Source: an uncultured Bacillales bacterium (lineage in GTDB: Bacteria; Bacillota_I; Bacilli_A; RF39; UBA660). From it: a stretch of 52,294 bases of DNA. How positions within the stretch are numbered: position 1 is the first letter of the stretch; every line of letters begins with the position of its first letter. Shown here piece by piece: positions 19,419-29,164 of the stretch. A program made the position numbers and the translations under genes. A model generated the notes under the pieces. The model was not told where the DNA came from. It saw nothing but the letters and a program-made list of their open reading frames with translations, and made no database searches. The stretch is from positions 1 through 52,294 of the forward strand of contig CAMUXV010000004.1 of the NCBI GenBank assembly GCA_947164795.1, in the 5' to 3' direction.

Positions 19419-20444
19419 ATGGATATTTTTAAATATTTTTATTCTGGTATTGTCTCTATATCTAAAGGCATCATTAAATTAGCTTGGTATTTCATTTATG
19501 GAATTTATAATGTGATTACCATATTTCCCAAGTATTTTATTATTGGAATTATATCTATATTTAGCAAAAAAGAGAAGCGTTCTAAAAGAGCAGTGCATAA
19601 TAAAAAAATATCTTTTGCTATGATGGGGCTTTCTGTTGTTGTATATCTTATTTGTGTTTTTTATATAAGTAGATGGTATGTTCAGGGTCTTAAAATAAAA
19701 TACCTAACTGATGATATTATTTCTTCTACTGAAATTATTGAAGAAGAGGAAAAAAATGAAGAACCGATAGAGGAACCAATCCTTGTAGAAGAGCCAGTTC
19801 CTGAACCTACTCCTCAAGAAAATGAAACTCCAGTTTATTATCCTAATGATTATTGGGATTATATGAATGTTCCATTCATAGATGTTAATTTTTCTGAACT
19901 ACTTAGTAAGAATTCTGATACTGTTGGTTGGATTAAAATTGATGGTACTAAGGTTAACTATCCAGTAGTACAAGCTGAAGATAATGACTATTATTTAAGT
20001 CATGCTTTTAATAAGAAAAATAATGCTGGAGGATGGATTTTTGCTGATTATCGAGATGATTTTGAAAATTTCGGTAAAAATACTATTATATATGGTCATA
20101 ATATGAATAATAAAACTATGTTTGGCTCTGTTCCACAGATGCTTAATAAAAGTTATCTAAATAATAGTGGTAATTATTATATAAAGATTTCTACCCCTAT
20201 TTGTAATACTGTATGGAAATTATTTTCTATATATACAATAGAACCAGAAGTTTATTATTTGAAGACTAATTTTAGAACTTATTCATTTGAAGAATTTATT
20301 AATACATTAAAAAATAGAAGTGTATATAATTTTGGTATAGATGTCACACCTGACGATAAAATACTTACTTTATCTACTTGTGACAATACTGGCACTAAAA
20401 GAGTTGCTGTTCATGCTAAAATGATTAGCATTGAGTATAAATAA
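19419..20444 (+). CDS. srtB: Class B sortase
   Basis: NSDTVGWI, VNYPVVQ, DNDYYL, IIYGHN, LTLSTC...KRVAVHA. Confidence 0.92.
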   Translation: MDIFKYFYSGIVSISKGIIKLAWYFIYGIYNVITIFPKYFIIGIISIFSKKEKRSKRAVHNKKISFAMMGLSVVVYLICVFYISRWYVQGLKIKYLTDDIISSTEIIEEEEKNEEPIEEPILVEEPVPEPTPQENETPVYYPNDYWDYMNVPFIDVNFSELLSKNSDTVGWIKIDGTKVNYPVVQAEDNDYYLSHAFNKKNNAGGWIFADYRDDFENFGKNTIIYGHNMNNKTMFGSVPQMLNKSYLNNSGNYYIKISTPICNTVWKLFSIYTIEPEVYYLKTNFRTYSFEEFINTLKNRSVYNFGIDVTPDDKILTLSTCDNTGTKRVAVHAKMISIEYK

Positions 20445-20453
20445 AGACAGAAG

Positions 20454-20687
20454 TTATTCTGTCTTTTTTGGTACAGGATCATAGCAATACTCTTTTTTAT
20501 TAAATGGATTACATCTAAGTAATCTTTTTATTCCTAAGTATAATCCTTTAAATAAACCATGTATTTGTAGTGCTTCAATCATGTAGTTAGAACAAGTTGG
20601 AATGTATCTGCAACTATCATGGGATTTAAAAGGAATAGTTTGATATTTTTTTATTATTCTTATTAATATATTTTTCATGTCAATCAC
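20454..20687 (-). CDS. yidD: Membrane protein insertion efficiency factor YidD
   Basis: [23 protein letters not shown]. Confidence 0.93.
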   Translation of the reverse strand: MIDMKNILIRIIKKYQTIPFKSHDSCRYIPTCSNYMIEALQIHGLFKGLYLGIKRLLRCNPFNKKEYCYDPVPKKTE

Positions 20688-20707
20688 ATAATTATTTTAA
20701 CATAATA

Positions 20708-21637
20708 CTAGGCATTTGACAAACTTCCCTCAGTAACTTTATTTAATCTTTTTAACGATACAATAAAGCTTTGATAATCGGCGGTAATAGTTCCTAAAAC
20801 TTCAAAATTCGCTATTATTTTTGCATAATAACTATATATTAAAAGTATTGTTCCTATTTCAATACTACCTATGCTCACTAGATATATTGAATATAGTATT
20901 ATTAAATACCTTGATACTTCTATTAGTCCCAAAACTATAAGTATTATTCTTTGAATAAATACATTATATTTTAAATTGTTTTTTAAATATGTCTTATTGT
21001 CTTTATTAAATAGGTTAGTTATACTATTTATATCATTCTTTTGACTAGTAATTGATGAATATAATTTATGTAGCATTATAGTTTTATTATCTAGGGATGT
21101 TTTTCTTTTTATATTTAGTTCCTGGACCTTCTTTCCATATTTTATATAGACAATAATAAGAATACTAGACACTATAATTGTAAAAAAGAAGATTAGAATG
21201 TTAAAACTCAAGAAATATGAATATATGATAAAGAACTCAACTGCTTGAAATACTCTTGTTACTAAATTCACTATAAAGTTACATATTATATCAATATCAT
21301 TATTTAATATATTAGTATATTCTCCTAAGTTTATATTATCAATATCTTTAGTTTTTGATATAGTGATATTAGTATACTCTGTATATAGTTTATTGTAGAA
21401 TCTATACCATGATTTTTGATTAAAGTAGGACCATAAATAGTAAAAAATAGATAATAATAATGTAATTATTATTAGGTGATAACCTATTTTAAATTTTCCT
21501 TCTGTTACTTCATTGATAGTATTACTCCAAAAAGCTGGTATAATTAAAGCTAATCCTTGAATAAAAAGAGAAGTAATTATTTTATATATTACTTCTCTTT
21601 TGCAATTTCTAATTATTTTCTTTACACTTACCAGCAT
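20708..21637 (-). CDS. ABC exporter transmembrane domain without a nucleotide-binding domain
   Basis: Six-TM exporter pattern (GEYTNILNNDI, GSIEIGTI, SLKRL); no Walker motifs. Confidence 0.75.
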   Translation of the reverse strand: MLVSVKKIIRNCKREVIYKIITSLFIQGLALIIPAFWSNTINEVTEGKFKIGYHLIIITLLLSIFYYLWSYFNQKSWYRFYNKLYTEYTNITISKTKDIDNINLGEYTNILNNDIDIICNFIVNLVTRVFQAVEFFIIYSYFLSFNILIFFFTIIVSSILIIVYIKYGKKVQELNIKRKTSLDNKTIMLHKLYSSITSQKNDINSITNLFNKDNKTYLKNNLKYNVFIQRIILIVLGLIEVSRYLIILYSIYLVSIGSIEIGTILLIYSYYAKIIANFEVLGTITADYQSFIVSLKRLNKVTEGSLSNA

Positions 21638-22199
21638 ATTTATTCTCCTTTAGAATAACAATGCTACCATTTTCAATGCCATTATTTATTGCATCATCCT
21701 TGTTAATATGAAAGGCCAAAGCATAGTTATCCGCTATTTTGATATGGACATTATCAAAAATTATATTATTATATTGAACATTCACTGTTTCATCTTCTTT
21801 AAATTTTTTATTGTCCTTACTATTAATATGGATATGCCTGTTGGCAATTATACATATATTATCTTTAGTTATTTCTCCTTTTGGACCTATTATAGTTATT
21901 CTTTCAGAATTATCTAAATCTCCAGAATTTCTAATTGGAGGATTTATTCCAAAATATTCTCTATCAATATCTAATACTTCTACTTGAGTATAATTTCTTT
22001 CTGGTCCTACAATTCGCACATTTTCTTTAATATTCTTATCGGTTTTTAATGAGACTGTTTCCTCAGTGGCAAATTGTCCTGGTTGATCTAAATAATTTCT
22101 TGGGGTCAGTTTATAATTTGTTCCAAATAAAATGTCTACATCTTCCCTTGTTAAATGTACATGTCTATTTGAAATTCCTGTTTTTATTCTCATATACAC
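21609..22199 (-). CDS. pduL: PduL/EutD-family phosphate acyltransferase
   Basis: SNRHVHL, LDQPGQFA, QVEV, IANRHIH, FHINKDDA. Confidence 0.88.
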   Translation of the reverse strand: MYMRIKTGISNRHVHLTREDVDILFGTNYKLTPRNYLDQPGQFATEETVSLKTDKNIKENVRIVGPERNYTQVEVLDIDREYFGINPPIRNSGDLDNSERITIIGPKGEITKDNICIIANRHIHINSKDNKKFKEDETVNVQYNNIIFDNVHIKIADNYALAFHINKDDAINNGIENGSIVILKENKYAGKCKENN

Positions 22200-22261
22200 T
22201 CCTTTATTTAATTATAGTTTTTATTTTTTTAAATGTAAATATCTTATTTCATTTTTTTTAG

Positions 22262-22289
22262 TTATAGTGTCAAATGTAAGTCATATATT
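22262..22289 (+). promoter_or_regulatory. Putative SigE-type promoter of gerQ
   Basis: TTATAGT-13-CATATATT. Confidence 0.45.
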
Positions 22290-22292
22290 TTA

Positions 22293-22676
22293 ATGGAGAT
22301 GATTATATTGAATAATAATGGTTATTATCAAAATCCTATTTTTCCAGGTGCAGGGCTTGAAAATAATGCAATACCAAATCAGCAATCTATACCAGGTTAT
22401 GAAAATAGTCAGGTGGAAATTAATCCATCAAATATGGAGCAGTCTTATATTGAAAATATTTTAAGGTTAAATAAAGGAAAAAAAGCAAAGTTTTATGTCA
22501 CTATTCCAGGCTCTGATGAATATCAAAACAAAATATTTGAAGGAATTATTGAGCAGTCCGGAAGGGATCATATTATAATTTCTAATCCTAATGGAGAATG
22601 GTATTTAATACTTATGATATATCTCGATTTTGTTACTTTTGATGAGCCAATTAATTATATAAAAGATTTTAAATAA
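22293..22676 (+). CDS. gerQ: Spore coat protein GerQ (YwdL)
   Basis: EQSYIENILRLNKGK, GRDHIIIS, MIYLDFVTFDEPINY. Confidence 0.92.
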   Translation: MEMIILNNNGYYQNPIFPGAGLENNAIPNQQSIPGYENSQVEINPSNMEQSYIENILRLNKGKKAKFYVTIPGSDEYQNKIFEGIIEQSGRDHIIISNPNGEWYLILMIYLDFVTFDEPINYIKDFK

Positions 22677-22746
22677 TACTTTTTATGTATTATTTTTTTT
22701 TATCAATTGAAAAATGATGTACTTTTTGATATAATTATTTTAGGAT

Positions 22747-23304
22747 GTGGTTAGTGTGGAAATATTATTAATTGTGATTTTAGTAATTATATTAATTTTT
22801 TGTGGTATATCTATTTTTTATGCCTCTGTCTATAATAGATTTCAAGATTATATTATCAGGATTAATGAAGTTGAAAGTATAATTGATAATAATCTTAGAA
22901 AAAAGTATGATCTAATTAATAGAGCCATTCCAATTATTAAAAGTAATATTCCAAAGGATATGGAAGTATTTGAAGAAATAGTTAAACTCAGAAGTAGAAA
23001 ATTAAGTAATTTTGAATTATACAGAGTACTAGAAAGAAGTTCAAATGAACTTAGTACATTAAAGGGAGAATTTCCCGATATAGATAAAAGTGCAGAAATA
23101 AAAAAAATACAAAGTAGTATAATAGATATTGATAATACCATTGGGGAAGCCACCTCATATTATAATGATAATATTTCAATTTATAATAAACTTCTCAAAA
23201 AATTTCCATCAAATATTGTTGCTACTTTTTGTAAGTATAAAGAAAAACTTTTCTTTGACAGAAAAGATATGAGTGATGAAGATTATAATGATTTCAAATT
23301 ATAA
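22747..23304 (+). CDS. lemA: LemA family protein
   Basis: N-terminal TM, YNRF, KKYDLI, YYNDNISIYN...FPSNIVA. Confidence 0.85.
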   Translation: MVSVEILLIVILVIILIFCGISIFYASVYNRFQDYIIRINEVESIIDNNLRKKYDLINRAIPIIKSNIPKDMEVFEEIVKLRSRKLSNFELYRVLERSSNELSTLKGEFPDIDKSAEIKKIQSSIIDIDNTIGEATSYYNDNISIYNKLLKKFPSNIVATFCKYKEKLFFDRKDMSDEDYNDFKL

Positions 23305-23309
23305 TCTTT

Positions 23310-23978
23310 TTATTTTACATTAAAGTTTATTTCTTTTAAATTGTTTTTCTTTAAAAAATCATTTGTACGGGAAAATGGTCTACTTCCAAAGAAATCATAA
23401 TTACAAGAAAAAGGAGAAGGATGAGATGATTCTATTATTAAATGTTTTGAATTGGTAATGAGACTCTTTTTACTCTTAGCAAAATTTCCCCATAATATAA
23501 ATACTACTGGAGTTTGTTTTTCATTTATTTTGCTTATTATAGCATCAGTAAATTTTTCCCAACCTAAATTTTTATGGGATGCTGGTTTATCTTTTTCAAC
23601 AGTTAAAACTGAATTTAAAAGTAATACTCCTTCTTTGGCCCAACAAGTTAAATCTCCTTCTTTTGGAATATTTATTCCTAGGTCACTATGTAATTCTTTA
23701 TATATATTTTGAAGTGACGGTGGTAGTTTTACTCCATCATTTACGGAAAATGCTAGGCCATTAGCTTCCCCTATTCCATGATAAGGATCTTGTCCTAATA
23801 TAACTGCTTTTACATTATCATAATCTGTTAATGATAATGCTCTTAAAATATAATTTTTTGGTGGGAAGATAGTTCTTTCTTTATAGGCTTTATTTATATA
23901 TTTAACTATGTTTATAAAATATTCTTTATGATACTCTTCATCTAGAATTTCATCCCAATGATTTCCTATTAACTGCAT
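23310..23978 (-). CDS. ung: Uracil-DNA glycosylase
   Basis: GQDPYH, GLAFSV, VLLLN, HPSPFS. Confidence 0.97.
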   Translation of the reverse strand: MQLIGNHWDEILDEEYHKEYFINIVKYINKAYKERTIFPPKNYILRALSLTDYDNVKAVILGQDPYHGIGEANGLAFSVNDGVKLPPSLQNIYKELHSDLGINIPKEGDLTCWAKEGVLLLNSVLTVEKDKPASHKNLGWEKFTDAIISKINEKQTPVVFILWGNFAKSKKSLITNSKHLIIESSHPSPFSCNYDFFGSRPFSRTNDFLKKNNLKEINFNVK

Positions 23979-23988
23979 AAATTACTCC

Positions 23989-24423
23989 TTAATTATTAAA
24001 GCATTCCTCTTCGGGTATATTAATATTAAATGTTGTTTTTGAATGTTCTCCAACTACTTTTGTTATAGTAATATTGCAATTACTAATATCTTTGCTATTT
24101 TTAGGATTTGTTATAGAATTATTATTACCACTTGCTTTTAATATACCAAGCTCTACTAATTTTCCTAGAGTTACATTTGAAGTATTACCACTTATACTAC
24201 AGGCTAAATGTCCATATTTAGTTGTATCTGATAAATCACCATGTTCACATTCTTGATAATAGTTTTCTCCTGCTACTCTAATGTTTTCAATTAACAAATC
24301 ATAGCTTTTATTTTTACTTTTATTAAATAACTTTATAACGCTCGGGGCCACTATTACAGCTACTATAGCTATTACCACTATTATAGCTAGTAATTCTATT
24401 AGAGTAAAACCTTTTTTATTCAT
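23989..24423 (-). CDS. Prepilin-type (class III signal) protein
   Basis: MNKKG|FTLIELLAIIVVIAIVA with Glu at +5. Confidence 0.9.
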   Translation of the reverse strand: MNKKGFTLIELLAIIVVIAIVAVIVAPSVIKLFNKSKNKSYDLLIENIRVAGENYYQECEHGDLSDTTKYGHLACSISGNTSNVTLGKLVELGILKASGNNNSITNPKNSKDISNCNITITKVVGEHSKTTFNINIPEEECFNN

Positions 24424-24461
24424 TTATATCACCTGTAATAATTATAATATATTAATTATTT

Positions 24462-24710
24462 TTATACAAGTGGTTTATTTTTATCATCAAATTTATCTCT
24501 AATTAAAATTATATCATCGCCTATTTTAGCTATTTGTTTCCACTCTATTTGATATTCTTCTCTCCCTGCAAATCTTCTAATATGTTTTTCTTCTAATACT
24601 AGACTTTTTATATTACCTGCTGTATCTAAGATAACGTCTATTATTATTCCTAGTCTTTTCCCAGTATTCATATTTATTATTTCTTTCTTCTGAAGATCAG
24701 ATAATCTCAT
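24462..24710 (-). CDS. ylmC: YlmC/YmxH sporulation PRC-barrel protein
   Basis: MRLSDLQKKEIIN..GKRLG.I.D, IEWKQIAKIGDDIILI; likely start 24710. Confidence 0.9.
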   Translation of the reverse strand: MRLSDLQKKEIINMNTGKRLGIIIDVILDTAGNIKSLVLEEKHIRRFAGREEYQIEWKQIAKIGDDIILIRDKFDDKNKPLV

Positions 24711-24725
24711 ACTTATCACCACTTA

Positions 24726-24753
24726 ATTATATGATTTTAATTTATTATTAGAC
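24726..24753 (-). promoter_or_regulatory. Putative SigE-type promoter of ylmC
   Basis: - strand GTCTAAT-13-CATATAAT. Confidence 0.5.
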
Positions 24754-24854
24754 ATTTTTATACTCGGGCAAACTATAAAGAAGTATTTTTTTTAAAAGCA
24801 AGACAATATATGAAAAAAGAATACTATATTAAAGTGTCCAAAATGGGGTTCACT

Positions 24855-26000
24855 TCATATTAATATTCTTTTTTTAATTTCATTGCTTTTTCTATATTTT
24901 TCATAACTTTGTAATATATAATTATTCATATAATCAAGTTTTTTTTCTATATCCTTTACCAAGGCTATCTGATTTCTTGCTCTATCAAGGTTATGTGTAT
25001 CATAATCTATTTTAAAATATGTATCACCATTTATATAGTCATTTAGGAATCTAATAGCAAGTTCTAATGTTATTATACGAATTGACTCTGCCATTAGGCT
25101 TACTTCTTCATATTTTAGATATGGTGCCATTTCACTTAAATAGCCATTGGTGTATGCTTTAAATAAGTCTAAATCTATTGATACTTTTTTCAAGTTTTTC
25201 TCATCTTCGGAAACTGTCGATGCAGTTGATCTTATACCATCACCATAATCAAATAACATGCTACCTGGCATAACAGTATCTAAATCTATTACTGCGAGAA
25301 AATCTCCCGTATCTTTATTCATCATTACGTTATTTACCTTTGTATCATTATGAGTGACTCTAAGTGGTATTTCTCCTTCTTTTAAATCATCCATTATTAA
25401 CGAGCAAACATCTTCTCTCATCAAAATAAATACTATTTCTTTTGCTACTTCTATTACTCTTCCTTCTGAATCAAATTTTATATCGTCCATTAACTTTTTA
25501 TATCTTTCTGGTGTATTATGGAAATCTTTTATTGTCTCTTCTAATTTATTCATAGGATACCCTCTTAGTAATTTTTGAAAATTACCAAAAGCTTTTCCTG
25601 TATTAAATACTATATCTTTATTCACTGATTGGTCATAAGATATTGAATCATCGATATATTCATAAATACGATAATATTCCCTAGTATCGGAATCATTTGT
25701 TATGTAACATAGTGATTTTCCATCTTTGGTTTTAACTACTTCAAGCACTCTGTGAGTAGTATCTCCCACTTTAATCATCTGTTTTTTTAGGTATGTTGTT
25801 ACACCTTCAATATTTTTCATAAGTTTATATGGTTCAGTAAATACTTTAGTATTTATTTTTTGTATTAGATATTTTTTTTCTGAGCCATCTTTTTGTTTAA
25901 AGGTAGCAACATAAGTTTTATTTATGATTCCGGAATTTTTTTTCTTTAAATCTATTAGTTCCCCCTCTATATTAAATTTTTCTAATATTTGTTCTATCAT
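24855..26000 (-). CDS. Phosphotransferase, APH/N-acetylhexosamine 1-kinase-like
   Basis: GIINKTY, YLIQKIN, FHNTP, RVTHNDTKVNN, VIDLDTVMPG, RFLNDYINGD. Confidence 0.88.
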   Translation of the reverse strand: MIEQILEKFNIEGELIDLKKKNSGIINKTYVATFKQKDGSEKKYLIQKINTKVFTEPYKLMKNIEGVTTYLKKQMIKVGDTTHRVLEVVKTKDGKSLCYITNDSDTREYYRIYEYIDDSISYDQSVNKDIVFNTGKAFGNFQKLLRGYPMNKLEETIKDFHNTPERYKKLMDDIKFDSEGRVIEVAKEIVFILMREDVCSLIMDDLKEGEIPLRVTHNDTKVNNVMMNKDTGDFLAVIDLDTVMPGSMLFDYGDGIRSTASTVSEDEKNLKKVSIDLDLFKAYTNGYLSEMAPYLKYEEVSLMAESIRIITLELAIRFLNDYINGDTYFKIDYDTHNLDRARNQIALVKDIEKKLDYMNNYILQSYEKYRKSNEIKKRILI

Positions 26001-26048
26001 TTAAACCACCTAATATTATTATACTAGTTTTTATACTTTTTATCTACC

Positions 26049-26819
26049 CTACTTGACATGTTTTTTTAATGTTTTAATAGCATTTTTTTCTATTCTAGAT
26101 ATTTGAGCTTGAGATATACCTAATTCTTCTGCTATTTCCATTTGTGTTTTTCCTATAACAAATCTTTCTTTTAAAATACTTATTTCTCTTTCTTTCAAAT
26201 CACATATGGCTTTATCTAAAGCGAGTCTACTTTCAAGGCCATATTCATCTTCTTTATTTGCTATTTGATCAAAGAGATAGATAGTATCTCCCCCATCATT
26301 ATAGATTGGTTCATACATACTTACTGGTTCCCTAAGTGAATCCAAAGCATTGGCTATATCATATTCAGTGACTCCTAATTGTTTTGCTATTTCACAATTT
26401 GATGGCTCTTTTCCATTATTTGATAACTCTTCTTTTATCTTTAATGTTTTATAAGCTAGATCCTTAATGCTTCTCGATATTCTAATAGTATTATTATCTC
26501 TTAAATATCTTTTTATTTCTCCCTCAATCATAGGACAAGCATATGTTGATAATTTTACATCATATGATATATCAAAATTATCTATTGCTTTTACTAATCC
26601 TAGACAACCAACTTGAAATAAGTCATCTAAATTATCTACTTTTCCAGTGAATTTTCTCAATATGCTTAATACTAATTTTAAATTACCATTTATTAAATCC
26701 TCTCTAGCAAAAGGATCGCCATCTTTCATTTTTTTAAACAACTCCGACATTTCTTCAGTTGTTAAAACTTTTATATTGGCAGTATTCACACCCGTTAGTT
26801 CAACTTTATGACGTGACAT
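26049..26819 (-). CDS. sigG: Sporulation sigma factor SigG
   Basis: SigG-type N-terminus MSRHKVELTGVNT, DDLFQVGC, EPIYNDGGD, SQAQISRIEK; start 26819 after AAGGAG. Confidence 0.93.
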   Translation of the reverse strand: MSRHKVELTGVNTANIKVLTTEEMSELFKKMKDGDPFAREDLINGNLKLVLSILRKFTGKVDNLDDLFQVGCLGLVKAIDNFDISYDVKLSTYACPMIEGEIKRYLRDNNTIRISRSIKDLAYKTLKIKEELSNNGKEPSNCEIAKQLGVTEYDIANALDSLREPVSMYEPIYNDGGDTIYLFDQIANKEDEYGLESRLALDKAICDLKEREISILKERFVIGKTQMEIAEELGISQAQISRIEKNAIKTLKKHVK

Positions 26820-26843
26820 AACAAAAAATTCTCCTTTCACATT

Positions 26844-26873
26844 CATTATGAATATTTAAAGAGAATTTTAAAC
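26844..26873 (-). promoter_or_regulatory. Putative SigF/SigG-type promoter of sigG
   Basis: - strand GTTTA-18-CATAATG. Confidence 0.5.
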
Positions 26874-26874
26874 A

Positions 26875-27771
26875 TTATTCTTTTTCTTTATATATTTTTA
26901 ATATTCTATTAAATTCCTCTGGTACCGGTGCAGTAAACTTCATATATTCTTTAGTTGTTGGATGAACAAATTCTAATTTTTCAGCATGAAGCATCTGCCC
27001 AAATTTAGGATTTATTAATTTTCTTCTTCCATATACGGGGTCATTTACAACAGGATGCCCGATATAGCTTAAATGTACTCTTATTTGATGTGTTCTTCCC
27101 GTTTCTAATTTGCATCTAATTAAAGTTGCATCAGAATATCTTTCAAGAACTCTTAGATGAGTAACGGCTTCTTTAGAGTTATCTCCTGTTACACACATTT
27201 TTTTTCGATTATGAATGTCTCTTCCTATTGGAGCATCAATAGTAGCGGTATCTTCTTTTATTATTCCCTCCACTAAAGCAATATATTCACGGACTACTTC
27301 TTTCTTCTGAATTGCCTCCGCTAAAATATTATGAGCTTTATCATTTTTAGCTACAAGTAATAATCCTGAAGTATCAGCGTCTATTCTATGTACTATTCCT
27401 GGTCTAATATTAGTATTTACTGTACTTAGATTATTAGTGTGATACATAAGTGCATTTACTAGAGTACCTGTATAATTTCCTGGAGCTGGATGTACTACCA
27501 TACCACTAGGTTTATTTACTACGATTAAATCATCATCTTCATAATAAATATCTAATGGTATATTTTCTGGTAAGATATCGGTATTTTCTTCATAATCCTT
27601 TACTTCTATTTGGTCATTTTCTTTTAATGTATAACTATTCTTGATAGTTTTACCATTTACTAATATACAATCATTATCTATCATTTTCTGAATCTTACTT
27701 CTTGTATACTCAGTATTTTCTACTAGAAATTTATCTATTCTTTGTCCTATTGTTATTTCATCAATTATCAT
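26875..27771 (-). CDS. rluD: RluA/RluD-family pseudouridine synthase
   Basis: S4 domain, VNKPSGMVVHP, GIVHRIDADTSG, TGRTHQIRVH; ATGA overlap with lspA. Confidence 0.93.
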   Translation of the reverse strand: MIIDEITIGQRIDKFLVENTEYTRSKIQKMIDNDCILVNGKTIKNSYTLKENDQIEVKDYEENTDILPENIPLDIYYEDDDLIVVNKPSGMVVHPAPGNYTGTLVNALMYHTNNLSTVNTNIRPGIVHRIDADTSGLLLVAKNDKAHNILAEAIQKKEVVREYIALVEGIIKEDTATIDAPIGRDIHNRKKMCVTGDNSKEAVTHLRVLERYSDATLIRCKLETGRTHQIRVHLSYIGHPVVNDPVYGRRKLINPKFGQMLHAEKLEFVHPTTKEYMKFTAPVPEEFNRILKIYKEKE

Positions 27772-28217
27772 CTTCTTTTCTCCTTTCTTAGTTGAATAAT
27801 TAAAATAAGAAAGATTCCTACGCATATTAAAGAATCTGCAATGTTAAATATCGGAAAATTGTATTCAAATATTTTTATTGAAATAAAATCTATTACATAC
27901 CCTCTAAATAATCTATCAATTAAATTACCAAAAGAGCCACCAATTATAAGGGAAAAAGCTAGTATTTCTATCTTACTACAAATATCATTTTTTATTATGT
28001 AATATATTAATCCTCCAATTATTAATAAAGTTATTAATATTAAAAATATTCTTTTTCCTGTAAATATACTAAATGCCGCTCCATTATTTTTTGTATATAT
28101 CAAATAGAAAAAATTTTTTATAACTACTATTTCTTTATCTAAATAATTAATTACAGTATATTTTGACGCTTGATCTAATAACATAAATATTATTGATAAG
28201 ATAGTTATTAACAGCAT
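27768..28217 (-). CDS. lspA: Signal peptidase II
   Basis: DQASK, NNGAAFS, GNLIDR, VIDFI, FNIAD. Confidence 0.95.
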   Translation of the reverse strand: MLLITILSIIFMLLDQASKYTVINYLDKEIVVIKNFFYLIYTKNNGAAFSIFTGKRIFLILITLLIIGGLIYYIIKNDICSKIEILAFSLIIGGSFGNLIDRLFRGYVIDFISIKIFEYNFPIFNIADSLICVGIFLILIIQLRKEKRR

Positions 28218-28223
28218 TAATTA

Positions 28224-28742
28224 TCACTCCCAGACACAGGTATTTACTATATATGAATTTGCATTTCCATCTAAATATTCGTCGATATAATCTATAGTAA
28301 TACAGTCTAGACTATAGGCTTTTATTTTATGGCAGTATACAAAATCACTATCTCTATATATTTCAATATTAGCATTTATATTACATGCTTTATCTTTATT
28401 ATTTGGATTAATGTAATCACTATTACTTATAAGATTTTCTTCTATCAAATTATTTATAGTTATATTTCTATTAATACCAACAGATACCGTTTTTTCTTGT
28501 CCTGGCTTAATAAATTCAATTTCCCCATTATCACTTGTATAATTAGAAAATAGTATTTCATCACTATTTAATGTAACATAACTATCTATCATTTGCGATA
28601 TTCTTTTTACAAATGTTTCTTCTGCCTTTAATCTGCTTTTTTTATATGCAGCAATACTATTTGGTATTGCTATTACTAAAACTATAGCCATTATTACTAT
28701 AACTGCAAGTAGTTCTATTAGAGTAAAACCTTTTCTATTCAT
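28224..28742 (-). CDS. Prepilin-type (class III signal) protein
   Basis: MNRKG|FTLIELLAVIVIMAIVLVIAIP. Confidence 0.9.
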   Translation of the reverse strand: MNRKGFTLIELLAVIVIMAIVLVIAIPNSIAAYKKSRLKAEETFVKRISQMIDSYVTLNSDEILFSNYTSDNGEIEFIKPGQEKTVSVGINRNITINNLIEENLISNSDYINPNNKDKACNINANIEIYRDSDFVYCHKIKAYSLDCITIDYIDEYLDGNANSYIVNTCVWE

Positions 28743-28845
28743 ATTTATTTCCTCCAGTTATATTGTATCATTATCTTACTTTTTTATCAATAATAGGCTT
28801 GATATTTTTAATGTTTATATTTATAATGGTTTTATGGTGAATTAA

Positions 28846-29163
28846 ATGAAATTAATATTTAATGATAAAGAAATAGATTTGATAGAATGTGAATCTTTTT
28901 ATCGTAGATTAAAGGGTTTTATGTTTACTAAAAATATAAACATTGCTCTTTTATTCGATAAATGTAATAGTATTCATACTTTTTTTATGAAAAAGAATAT
29001 TGATGTCATAATGTGTGATAAAGATGATAATATTCTATACTATTATAAAAATCTTGGTAAAAATAAAGTTATTTTACCTAAAAAAGGAGTTAAAAAGGTA
29101 TTTGAAACTCCTAGCGAATATTTTGATATAAAGATTGGTAAAAAAATAATAATTAAAAAGTAA
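28846..29163 (+). CDS. DUF192 family protein
   Basis: RLKGFMF, SIHTFFMKKNIDVI; TTGATA-17-TATAAT promoter upstream. Confidence 0.85.
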   Translation: MKLIFNDKEIDLIECESFYRRLKGFMFTKNINIALLFDKCNSIHTFFMKKNIDVIMCDKDDNILYYYKNLGKNKVILPKKGVKKVFETPSEYFDIKIGKKIIIKK

Positions 29164-29164
29164 G

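Noticed and set aside
21609-22199. Bacterial microcompartment locus implied by pduL
   Set aside because: No shell-protein or signature enzyme genes in the window
24760-24855. GGGCAAAC resembling the start of a c-di-GMP-I riboswitch, and a 17-codon ORF
   Set aside because: No GACGCAAAG or second stem, wrong orientation for flanking genes, no RBS
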